Virus record (IMG/VR): IMGVR_UViG_2645727837_000002
Coordinates: 59,967-79,966 of that record
From: an uncultured virus (IMG/VR IMGVR_UViG_2645727837_000002)
Taxonomy: Duplodnaviria; Heunggongvirae; Uroviricota; Caudoviricetes
Direction: 5' to 3' (one strand)
Length of the DNA stretch: 20,000 nucleotides
A program made the position numbers and the translations under genes. Below the pieces are notes generated by a model that made no database searches, was not told where the DNA came from, and saw only the letters and a program-made list of their open reading frames with translations. Of the stretch, positions 1-8,259 are shown in pieces (position 1 is the stretch's first letter; every line of letters starts with the position of its first letter).

Positions 1-1826
1 CAAACCAAGGCGCGGCCAACAGCCAGCTCATGCGTCAGCTTCAGACCCAGCTGGACGCGTCCGACGACGAAATCCAGAAGACGTTCCTGCGCGCTCAGAT
101 CGACCGGCTGAAGGTTGCGCAGAACGACATTCAACGCAAGATCGAAAACGCGCGCGTCGAGGCTGCGCCGTCGCTGAAGGCGACAAACTCGGCCGCGCAA
201 CGCGCTCTTCAAGCACAGCTGGCCGAAGTCGACACCCAGGCTGGTATCACCCGTGACCCGGAGAAGGCACGGCAGCTCGGCGACGTCGCCGTCGAACTGA
301 TCAAGAACCAGTACAACCGTGCGATCGACACGCTGAAGCGGACGAGCCCGACACTTCAGGTCGGCGACCATCGCGACTACGCAGACGACGTGAAGCAGCA
401 GCTTCAGTCGTTGCAGGCCGAGATGGACGCGAAGGTTCGTTCGCAAATCGATAAGAACGCCGAGCGTGTGCGCAAGCTCAACGAGCAGATCAAGGCCGCG
501 CAGTTCAAGGAGGACGAAGATCGGGCGCGAATGGCGTTCAACGCGTTCATGACCACGATCAAGGGCGACGAGAAGACACGGGCAAGCAATCAAGCGATCG
601 AGCTGAAACGCAACTCTTACCCCGTGATTGCCGATCAGGCAGCGTCGGCATACATGAGTGATCCACGCTACTCGGCCCAGTTCAGCCAGGTTCAACGTCA
701 GTCGCTTAGCCTCAAGGCGGCGGCCGATCAGGACGTCGTGGACGCGCGCAACCTCGTCACGTATCAGGCGAACATCGCCCAACTGCGCGGCGAGATTGAG
801 CAATTGCGGAAACAGGTCAACGCCCGTACGGCGATGCTTGGTGAGGAAGGTGACGGCGCTGGCGCACCCGCGACCGGCCTGTACGCGCAGCTCGCTGCTG
901 CGAAGGCTGATCCTGCGAAACGGGAGGAACAGGCACGCCTTGAAGCCACGATCGTGCGCCTCACCACGGAACGCACTACGCAGCAGGGCGAACTTAACGC
1001 GCTACAAGATAAGTCGAACGCATTGGTTGAGAGTCAGGAGCGTCTTCAAGAGAAGCTTGCAGCGAAGACTACCACTGGTTCCTTCTCGCTGATGCAGGGT
1101 ATCAACGAGGCGAACAAGAACTTCCTCGACACGCACAACGCGACCTCGATGGCGATCGACGGGTACGCCAACATGCTGAACGGGACCGACAACGCGTTGA
1201 TCCAGTTCTTCGACGACCTGACCACCCATTCGAAGACCGCTGGTCAGGCAGTCAGGGACTTCGGCGTGTCGTTCCTGAAGATGGTCTTGCAGATCCTCGA
1301 ACAGCAGGCCGCGCTGATGCTTATAAAGGGCGTCCTCAGCATGTTCGGGACGGCGGCTTCTGCTTCCGCTGCACCCGTGGCCACGGGCGGCTTCGATATG
1401 CCCTCCACTGGCACCGCGCTCGCCGTCCAGGGTGGCTCCGTCAGCAACGGTCTCGTCACCCGCTCGGCGGGCGTGAAGCGCTTCGTGTTGGGCGGCAGCG
1501 TGACGGGCGGGATGCCCGGTCGTGACTCCGTACATGCTCTTTTGAAAGACGGCGAGTATGTGCTAAACGATGGGGCCGTGTCGGCGGTCGGCACCGACTT
1601 CCTCGACAACCTCAACGCACACGGCAACCGCGTCATCTCGAAGAGCACACCTGCACCGAAGCCTGAACGCGAGAAGCAGCCGCAGCACGTCAACGTGTGG
1701 GTCGTTGCCCCGGATCAAAAGCCGCAGATGGGTCCGAATGACGTCGTCGCCGCGATCAGCAACGACATCGTCACGGGCGGCTCTACGAAGAAGCTGATCA
1801 AGCAAGTTGCACTGGGTCAAATGTAA
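1..1826 (+). CDS. Phage tail tape measure protein, C-terminal part (5'-truncated by the window)
   Basis: The frame is open from base 3, upstream of the ATG at 30. Long Ala/Gln/Leu-rich helical protein. C-terminal 'FVLGGSVTGGMPGRDSVHALLKDGEYVLN' matches the GGxVxG..DSVxAxLxxGEyV motif typical of tape-measure C-termini. It lies directly before the minor tail genes. Confidence 0.85.
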   Translation, partial: NQGAANSQLMRQLQTQLDASDDEIQKTFLRAQIDRLKVAQNDIQRKIENARVEAAPSLKATNSAAQRALQAQLAEVDTQAGITRDPEKARQLGDVAVELIKNQYNRAIDTLKRTSPTLQVGDHRDYADDVKQQLQSLQAEMDAKVRSQIDKNAERVRKLNEQIKAAQFKEDEDRARMAFNAFMTTIKGDEKTRASNQAIELKRNSYPVIADQAASAYMSDPRYSAQFSQVQRQSLSLKAAADQDVVDARNLVTYQANIAQLRGEIEQLRKQVNARTAMLGEEGDGAGAPATGLYAQLAAAKADPAKREEQARLEATIVRLTTERTTQQGELNALQDKSNALVESQERLQEKLAAKTTTGSFSLMQGINEANKNFLDTHNATSMAIDGYANMLNGTDNALIQFFDDLTTHSKTAGQAVRDFGVSFLKMVLQILEQQAALMLIKGVLSMFGTAASASAAPVATGGFDMPSTGTALAVQGGSVSNGLVTRSAGVKRFVLGGSVTGGMPGRDSVHALLKDGEYVLNDGAVSAVGTDFLDNLNAHGNRVISKSTPAPKPEREKQPQHVNVWVVAPDQKPQMGPNDVVAAISNDIVTGGSTKKLIKQVALGQM

Positions 1827-2219
1827 ATGGCAACGTCACTCACTTTCGATTTTCCGAATCATCTGGTCGAAGAGAAGTACCCCGAGTCTGGAACGCGAAT
1901 CCAGCTCGGGAACTCGTATGTATTCTCGACGCCGCCGACCGCTCCGGAACAACGCATCTTCATTCTCTCGTTCGAGACGATGTGGCGCGGGATCAACGCG
2001 GACGGCTCCGTGGACATCACCACGAATCCGCTCAACAACATGGGTCTTCTCAAAGCCTTCTACGAAACGTACAGGCTCTACAAGACCTTCCAGTACAAGC
2101 ACCCCTGGTTGGGGACCTTGAACGTCCGCTTCAACAAGCCTCTCGAAATGCCGAAGGGTAAAAAAGGAGCCGACGGGTGGTCTGAGGCCTTCAGCGTCGA
2201 GTTCGTGGAGATGCCGTGA
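1827..2219 (+). CDS. Minor tail protein, lambda gpM-like (distal tail)
   Basis: 130 aa starting immediately after the TMP stop (TAA-ATG). Features 'YPESGTRIQLGNSY', 'KTFQYKHP...VRF' and terminal 'FSVEFVEMP'. Size and position match gpM. Confidence 0.7.
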   Translation: MATSLTFDFPNHLVEEKYPESGTRIQLGNSYVFSTPPTAPEQRIFILSFETMWRGINADGSVDITTNPLNNMGLLKAFYETYRLYKTFQYKHPWLGTLNVRFNKPLEMPKGKKGADGWSEAFSVEFVEMP

Positions 2220-2710
2220 GATCCGATCTTCCTGATACCCATGTTTCCCAGTCCTTCGAGCTGTCAGCCGACGCACTGGTCGACCTATTCAAGATGGAAC
2301 TCAACAGTATCTCCGGTGGCACGGTCCTTTGCATGACAGCCAAGACTCAAGTCACGTGGCAAGGGATGGTGTTCGAGTCCATCCCTATCACCCTCGCCGG
2401 CGAGGGTGTTCGCACGGATGGTCAGTGGAATCGACCGAAGCTCACGATCGCCAACCCGGACGGGCTCTTCTCTGCGTTTATCGCGCAGGGAAAGACCGAC
2501 AGTGCAACGATCACACGCTACCGGTGTCATCTTGAGGATGTGAGAAACAATGTCGGCCGCTACCAGATCAACATCTGGCGCGTGTCGAAGACCCTGAGCA
2601 TGAGCAATTCGATGGCTACCTTCGAACTGCGTACCCCACTTGACGGGCAGATGTTCTACCTGCCGGCACGTGCCTTTTACCCACCGGAGTTCCCCCATGT
2701 CTCTCTATGA
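2216..2710 (+). CDS. Minor tail protein, lambda gpL-like (short form)
   Basis: GTGA overlap with the previous gene. 'LVDLFKMEL', 'VTWQGMVFESIPI..GEG....GQWNRPKLTIAN' and 'FELRTPLDGQ..LPAR' are gpL-like. It lacks the Cys-rich C-terminal extension of lambda gpL. Confidence 0.75.
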   Translation: MRSDLPDTHVSQSFELSADALVDLFKMELNSISGGTVLCMTAKTQVTWQGMVFESIPITLAGEGVRTDGQWNRPKLTIANPDGLFSAFIAQGKTDSATITRYRCHLEDVRNNVGRYQINIWRVSKTLSMSNSMATFELRTPLDGQMFYLPARAFYPPEFPHVSL

Positions 2711-3239
2711 AAAATACATCGAAGGGTTCGAGGGAATCCCGTACGTCGAAGGCCGCGACGATTGCTACGGCCTCGTGCGCAAATGGTTGGACAAGACCTA
2801 TGGAATGAAGTTGACGAACTACGCTCGACCGTGCGCGTGGGAAAACGACGGCTTCAATCTGCTCGGCGACTACTTTAACCGTGAGGGCTTTGTCCTCATC
2901 AATACGCCACTGAATCGCTTGCAGATCGGCGACCTGTTGATGATGCACGTCGCCAGTAGGTCCGGCATCGCGAACCACATCGGCGTCTACGTCGGCAATC
3001 AGTACGTGTTGCATCACCTGTATGGCCAAGTCTCGAAAGCCGACCCACTGAACGACCGGTGGAAGAACCGCGTGCTCGATGTCATCCGGCATCCGGACAT
3101 CGCAGCGAAGAATCAGGAACAAGCAGAGTCGGTCGATTTCATGACCCTCCTGCCACCACACTTGAGAGAGAAGTATGAACGACGACTTGTTGAAACTCTG
3201 GACTCCCCTGACCGAACGGTGCGGCTTCCTCCTAAATGA
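2697..3239 (+). CDS. NlpC/P60 tail-tip protein (peptidase half of lambda gpK-like)
   Basis: ATG at 2697 with GGAG upstream. 'PYVEGRDDCYGLVR' carries the catalytic Cys and 'NHIGVYVGNQYVLHH' carries the His. Confidence 0.85.
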   Translation: MSLYEKYIEGFEGIPYVEGRDDCYGLVRKWLDKTYGMKLTNYARPCAWENDGFNLLGDYFNREGFVLINTPLNRLQIGDLLMMHVASRSGIANHIGVYVGNQYVLHHLYGQVSKADPLNDRWKNRVLDVIRHPDIAAKNQEQAESVDFMTLLPPHLREKYERRLVETLDSPDRTVRLPPK

Positions 3240-3543
3240 CGGATCGATCGTCGAGTGCCAAAACGTCCATGAGCAACCCGAAATAGGCTTTGAAATTACC
3301 CCCGCGTCTATCCGACAATACGAGGATCAGATTGCAGCCACATGGCACACGCATCCACGCACGGGGCCGAACCTATCTGCTCAGGACTACCGTGCATTTC
3401 AGGCGTGGCCAAGGTGGTTCCACTACATCATTGGCGAGCACGATGTCTGGTGCTACTACGTCAGAAACAACGCGGTAATTTTGCTCGATGAAGACGATCT
3501 TTCTGCATGGCTCCCTGAAGGAGCGGCACCCGGAGCCGATTAA
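3175..3543 (+). CDS. JAB/Mov34/MPN metalloprotease-like protein (other half of gpK-like)
   Basis: 'ERCGF' and 'WHTHPRTGPNLSAQD' form the JAMM motif E...HxH...S..D. Confidence 0.85.
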   Translation: MNDDLLKLWTPLTERCGFLLNDGSIVECQNVHEQPEIGFEITPASIRQYEDQIAATWHTHPRTGPNLSAQDYRAFQAWPRWFHYIIGEHDVWCYYVRNNAVILLDEDDLSAWLPEGAAPGAD

Positions 3544-4117
3544 AGTCCACGCCACCACGGCTGCTGAAGCGCTGACGGTGCTGAAGCAGCTTCCCGGCTT
3601 TGACGCCGAGAACCCCGTCGACGTGCGCGTCGACGGCTTCGATTGCCGCGATGCACTGTTCGTGCAGACCGACAAGACCGAGTTGCACGTCTACCCCGCC
3701 CTGCGCGGCGCGGGCGGCAACGGCAGCTTCCTACAGATCCTGATCGGGGCCGTGATGGTCGTGGTCGGCGCGATCCTCTGGTGGACCGGCCCGGTGGGCG
3801 GCACGATGGCTCAGGTCGGCATCGGCATGATGATGGGGGGCGCGATGATGATGCTCGGCGGCATCATCTCAATGCTCGCTCCCCAACCAAAGCTGGGGGC
3901 GAGTTCAGCGACGAACTCCAGCTTGATCATTCCTTCCAGTCAGAACACCGTGAAAATCGGCACTCGACTTCCGCTCCTGTTCGGTCGGGTGAAGCACTTC
4001 GGTCATTACCTGTCGTTCAACGTCGACGCGAAGCGGTACGACGATTCCAATATGGTCCTCGGTGGCTACTGCAACCAGAACGGGGACGGTCAAGCACTCC
4101 ACTGCGTTCTCGCATAA
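3488..4117 (+). CDS. Tail assembly protein, lambda gpI-like
   Basis: 'MKTIFLHGSL', 'HVYPALRGAGGNGSFLQILIGAV', a Gly/Met-rich hydrophobic stretch, and 'NTVKIGTRLPLLFGR'. Confidence 0.85.
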   Translation: MKTIFLHGSLKERHPEPIKVHATTAAEALTVLKQLPGFDAENPVDVRVDGFDCRDALFVQTDKTELHVYPALRGAGGNGSFLQILIGAVMVVVGAILWWTGPVGGTMAQVGIGMMMGGAMMMLGGIISMLAPQPKLGASSATNSSLIIPSSQNTVKIGTRLPLLFGRVKHFGHYLSFNVDAKRYDDSNMVLGGYCNQNGDGQALHCVLA

Positions 4118-4129
4118 CGAAATCCAACG

Positions 4130-7100
4130 ATGATTGTCGAAGAAGAACGCCCTATCCAGAGCATCCGTGGCGCGAGCGGCGGTGGCTCCAGCTCGCCCAC
4201 GCGAACGGACGACAACCTGTTTTCCCGAGACGTCGTCGAGATCGTCCTTGGTCTGTCTCAAGGCCCGATTCGAGGGCTGGTAGACGGCATGAAGACCTTC
4301 TCTGTCGGCGGGACGCCGCTCATGTCGCAGGACGGATCGCTGAACTTCAGTTCGTTTAACCTCGGCGTCAAGCTCGGCACCGCGCACGACTCGCCGGTCA
4401 ACTACGTCCTCGGGGGCGAAAGCTCGAACACCCAGGTCGGCACACGTCTATTTCAAGGGACGTGGGTCAACCGTCAGACCGACCAGTCGCTGAAGGGCGT
4501 TATCGACCAGCTGCAAGTGCGGATGCAGTTCAACGTCCTTTACATCCAGAACAACGACGGCTCCTTCAACAACACGGCGCGCTTCCGAATTCAGTATCGC
4601 CCGGCGTCCAGCTACGCCGCGTGGTCCGAGGTTCAAGGTGGACTGATCAAGGTGACGGGCAAGACCACGAGTGGCTACATGGTCGACTACGCGTGGGACG
4701 TGCCTCGCATCAATGACAACTGGGTGATACGGGTACTGAAGGAGAATCCGGACGCCAGTACGACGGAATTTTGTGACCTTACCTGGGAAAGCTTCCAGAT
4801 GATCACGAAAGGGAACCGCTCGTACAACCAAGTCGCGCTCCTCCATCTGGTCGCCAAGGCGACGAGCCAGTTCAGCTCGATCCCGGACTTCTCCGGCATT
4901 TATGACGGGCTGGAGATCCTGGTTCCGACGAACTACAACGGCGACATGCACTCGTACGACGCGAGCGGCCCGTGGAATGGGACGTTCAAGCTCGCATGGA
5001 CGAACAACCCGGCGTGGATTCTTTACAACCTCATCATGAACCCCACGTGGGGTCTCGCGAAGTATTACCCGTGGATCACGTGCAACCGCTTCGATTTTTA
5101 CGACGCGGGCCGGTGGTGCGACGAGATGGTCCCGGACGGCCGCGGTGGCTGGCAACCGCGCTACACCTTCAACCTCGCTCTGACCGACCAGCAAACCGGT
5201 CTCGACATGCTGAAGTATGTCGCCGGCAGCTTCGGCGCGGTTATCTTCGACGACGCGACTGGGATGGTCCATCTGCGCGTCGACCGGTGGGAAGAACCGA
5301 CCTTGATGTTCACACCCGAGAACGTGACGCCGGAAGGCTTCAGCTACACGTTCACGGACATGTCGACACGATACAACGACTACGAGGTTCAGTTCGTCAA
5401 CCCCGACATCGACTGGAACGTCGACCATCGGCGCGTCCCGAACGAAGAACACATCGCCCTCAACGGCAGCATTCCCTACCAGTTTCAGGCGATCGGCTGC
5501 ACGAACGAGCACGAGGCTGTTCGTCGTGCCACCTACCAGCTGATCACGTCGACCACCGAGTGTGCGACGGTGTCGTTCGTGACCGCGCGTCTCGGCCGCG
5601 TCATCGACCCGTACAAGCCGATCTACGTCGCCGACCCGATCACCGGCTGGTCGTCTGGTGGCCGGATCAAGTCGATCTTCAACAACAAGATCTACCTGCG
5701 AGACCCGATCTACTTTACAGTCAATCAGAACTACAACCTGCGGCTCCAGTCCGTCGACGGGTTGTCGAATTTCGTCGTTACCCCCGGCAAGATCGGGTCC
5801 GTGACCGAGCTGACGATCGTGAGCGGCATCATTCCGCCGAACATCCCGGATCGCACCGTCTTCACGATCGAGGACAACGGTGGGTTCGGGATCGCGAAGC
5901 CCTTCCGTACGATCGCGATCGAGCCGGTGGACAACCAGCCTGACACCTACAAGGTTACGGCTGTCGAAATCAACATCAACAAGCAGGCCGCAGCGGACAA
6001 CTGCGTGCCGATCGGCAGCAAGCAATATTCGTTCAAAAACCCGTTGATCCCTCCCCCGCCGACGAACATGGTCATGGCGTCCGGTACGGAGCAGCTGATC
6101 ATCGGTCAGGACGGCTCGATTCAGGCTCGTATCCTCGTATCCTGGGACCCGCCTGCAAACGCGATCGTTAAGCGCTACGACGTGCAGTGGAAGGAGAGTT
6201 CGCAGTCGACGTGGCTCACCGCGAGCACGACCGGCGAAAGCGTGTTCCTTGGTCCTTGCAAGAGCGGTGTCGACTACGACATCACGGTGTGGGCGATCAG
6301 CACGTTCGATTACCGCAGCTCGCAGCTGTCGACGTGGAACTATCGCTGCGTCGGGAAGGATGAACCGCCGAGCAACGTAACGAACTTCAACGTCATCCGC
6401 CGTCAGAACGACATCCTGCTGAAGTGGGACCCGATCCCCGATCTCGACCGCGCCGGTTACGAGATTCGCCTTGGCACGTCGTGGGAGACTGGAACGGTTC
6501 TCGTGACTGACTATGCAGCAACGCAGTTCGCATGGACGACGGACACAGGCGGGGCATACTCGTTCATGATCCGCGCGATCGATACGAGCCGTAACTTCTC
6601 GCCGATCCCGACGATCCAGACGATCGCACTGTATGGCCCGTCCTCAGTACGTGGCGTCATCGCTGTTCAGTCGTCGAACCGGATCGAGATGAGCTGGAAG
6701 CCGAACCCGGAAGACAACATTCTCGACTACGAGATCCGTGAGGGTGACACGTGGGCGACAGCCGTGTTCGTTGCAAAGACGAAATCTACAAGCTTCGGTC
6801 TTACGGCCGGCGCAGGTGGTACACGCAAGTTTTGGCTGAAGTCAATCGCCGCCCCTGGCATCTACTCGGACAAGGCGACCTTCGTTACTACCGACGTCGC
6901 TCAACTCGAAAACACAAACATCGTGTACGAGTCGGACGAACTGTCGAAAGGCTTCACCGGCATGCGGTACAACATGGTCGTCTACGGAAATTCTTTGCGG
7001 ATGGATGACGGGAAGGCGAAGGCAGAGTACATCTTCAGCGTGTCGCTCCCGACAAGCTTCCGTGCGCAGAATACGCTCTTCATTGGTCTCGACGCGATCG

Positions 7101-7735
7101 TCGACTTCACCATGCGATGGAACGACGCAACGTTCCCGTGGGACGACGCCAGAGCACAGATGCCGTGGGCCGCAGCGGGCGACATCTCGTCGATCAACTA
7201 CCGCGCCGAGATTGCCACGCTCACGGCACTACCGCCTGACGTGCTTTATGCGATCAAGCTCGACAATACGCTCGGATTCTCCGGCCCCGGTGAGGATGGA
7301 TCGGTCACGGAGCAGCAGACGGTTAGCTACCGCGCTGGGAAGTATGGCTCGGGCCTTTTCGTGCAAACTGCGCCGCTCCAACCGGTGCCAACTCACGTGA
7401 CATTCGACGTCAATATCCCGAACGTGTTCTCGACTAGCTTTTGGGTCATTCCGTACGACGACAACGACGATACATGGTCCAGCTTCTGCGGACGGAACGG
7501 TGCGCAAATCACGATCGGCTATCAAGCGTCCACGATGAGTGTCTTTGCGATCGACAACAACGGCAAGAAGATTTCCGTCCCGATCAACCTTGAAGTCGGT
7601 GAACGCTACTTCATCGCTATTTCGCAGGATACGAATACGCGCACGTTGTACGTCGGCCAGGAGGGCGGATCGGTATCCCGTGGAACCCTCGATGTCCAAG
7701 GTATCGGCCAAACCATCAACTACAGTTTGTACTGA
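4130..7735 (+). CDS. Central tail fibre / tip attachment protein, lambda gpJ-like, with FN3-like repeats and a beta-rich C-terminal domain
   Basis: 1201 aa. gpJ-like motifs 'LSQGPIRGL', 'WNGTFKLAWTNNPAWILY', 'WCDEMVPDGRGGWQPRYTFN' and 'AIGCTNEHEAVR'. Three FN3-like segments (VSWDPP..YDVQW; LKWDP..GYEIR; MSWKP..DYEIR). Confidence 0.9.
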   Translation: MIVEEERPIQSIRGASGGGSSSPTRTDDNLFSRDVVEIVLGLSQGPIRGLVDGMKTFSVGGTPLMSQDGSLNFSSFNLGVKLGTAHDSPVNYVLGGESSNTQVGTRLFQGTWVNRQTDQSLKGVIDQLQVRMQFNVLYIQNNDGSFNNTARFRIQYRPASSYAAWSEVQGGLIKVTGKTTSGYMVDYAWDVPRINDNWVIRVLKENPDASTTEFCDLTWESFQMITKGNRSYNQVALLHLVAKATSQFSSIPDFSGIYDGLEILVPTNYNGDMHSYDASGPWNGTFKLAWTNNPAWILYNLIMNPTWGLAKYYPWITCNRFDFYDAGRWCDEMVPDGRGGWQPRYTFNLALTDQQTGLDMLKYVAGSFGAVIFDDATGMVHLRVDRWEEPTLMFTPENVTPEGFSYTFTDMSTRYNDYEVQFVNPDIDWNVDHRRVPNEEHIALNGSIPYQFQAIGCTNEHEAVRRATYQLITSTTECATVSFVTARLGRVIDPYKPIYVADPITGWSSGGRIKSIFNNKIYLRDPIYFTVNQNYNLRLQSVDGLSNFVVTPGKIGSVTELTIVSGIIPPNIPDRTVFTIEDNGGFGIAKPFRTIAIEPVDNQPDTYKVTAVEININKQAAADNCVPIGSKQYSFKNPLIPPPPTNMVMASGTEQLIIGQDGSIQARILVSWDPPANAIVKRYDVQWKESSQSTWLTASTTGESVFLGPCKSGVDYDITVWAISTFDYRSSQLSTWNYRCVGKDEPPSNVTNFNVIRRQNDILLKWDPIPDLDRAGYEIRLGTSWETGTVLVTDYAATQFAWTTDTGGAYSFMIRAIDTSRNFSPIPTIQTIALYGPSSVRGVIAVQSSNRIEMSWKPNPEDNILDYEIREGDTWATAVFVAKTKSTSFGLTAGAGGTRKFWLKSIAAPGIYSDKATFVTTDVAQLENTNIVYESDELSKGFTGMRYNMVVYGNSLRMDDGKAKAEYIFSVSLPTSFRAQNTLFIGLDAIVDFTMRWNDATFPWDDARAQMPWAAAGDISSINYRAEIATLTALPPDVLYAIKLDNTLGFSGPGEDGSVTEQQTVSYRAGKYGSGLFVQTAPLQPVPTHVTFDVNIPNVFSTSFWVIPYDDNDDTWSSFCGRNGAQITIGYQASTMSVFAIDNNGKKISVPINLEVGERYFIAISQDTNTRTLYVGQEGGSVSRGTLDVQGIGQTINYSLY

Positions 7736-7736
7736 T

Positions 7737-8198
7737 ATGGCACACGTAATTTCCGATATCACCATCTCGAAGAAGGTGCTCGATGACGACGGCTTCCTCG
7801 CGCTGCTCACGTCGGACAGCCCGACCGGCTATGCCCCATTTCAACCGTTCGTGCAGGGCGACTACGAGTATCAGACCGCCCTCTTCCGCATCTCGATGAA
7901 CTCGACTTCCGGTGACCGTGGCGTGATCAACAAACTGAGCGTTGTCGTCGACGTTCCCGATATGTTCGACAGCGGCGACAACATCATCGACGGAACGACA
8001 CCGACGCGCATCTTCTTTACGCGTCCATTCCACGTCGCACCGAAGGTGACCCTGACCGTGCAGAGCGCGAGCGACCCATGTACCGCGAAACTTGTCGCCG
8101 GCTCGGTCACGCGCACGCATTTCGACTGTTTCCTTGAAAGGGTCTCTGATAAGGCAAAGATCGACGGCGCTTTGACCTGGGCCGCTCACGCTTACTGA
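7737..8198 (+). CDS. J-associated tail protein (153 aa)
   Basis: ATG 1 nt after the J stop. 'FVQGDYEYQTALFR', 'VDVPDMFDSG', 'IFFTRPFHVAPKVT' and terminal 'WAAHAY' resemble beta-rich tail-tip/fibre adaptor C-termini. Confidence 0.65.
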   Translation: MAHVISDITISKKVLDDDGFLALLTSDSPTGYAPFQPFVQGDYEYQTALFRISMNSTSGDRGVINKLSVVVDVPDMFDSGDNIIDGTTPTRIFFTRPFHVAPKVTLTVQSASDPCTAKLVAGSVTRTHFDCFLERVSDKAKIDGALTWAAHAY

Positions 8199-8227
8199 AA
8201 TCCCTTGGGCGCTCTGGCCAGCGCTCG

Positions 8228-8258
8228 TAAAATTCGTCTTGCTAACGGACACCACCAC
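8228..8258 (+). promoter_or_regulatory. Putative -10-like element (TAAAAT) plus CACCACCAC leader motif before the fibre gene
   Basis: TAAAATTC at 8228-8235 and CACCACCAC at 8250-8258. The same pair recurs before the endolysin gene. No convincing -35 was seen. Confidence 0.35.
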
Positions 8259-8259
8259 G

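Noticed and set aside
4448..6025. Long minus-strand ORFs (this 525-aa one, also 10066-11220, 13900-15363, 15640-16581, 19221-19973)
   Set aside because: Antisense shadows of well-supported + strand genes in GC-rich DNA, with no recognisable motifs.
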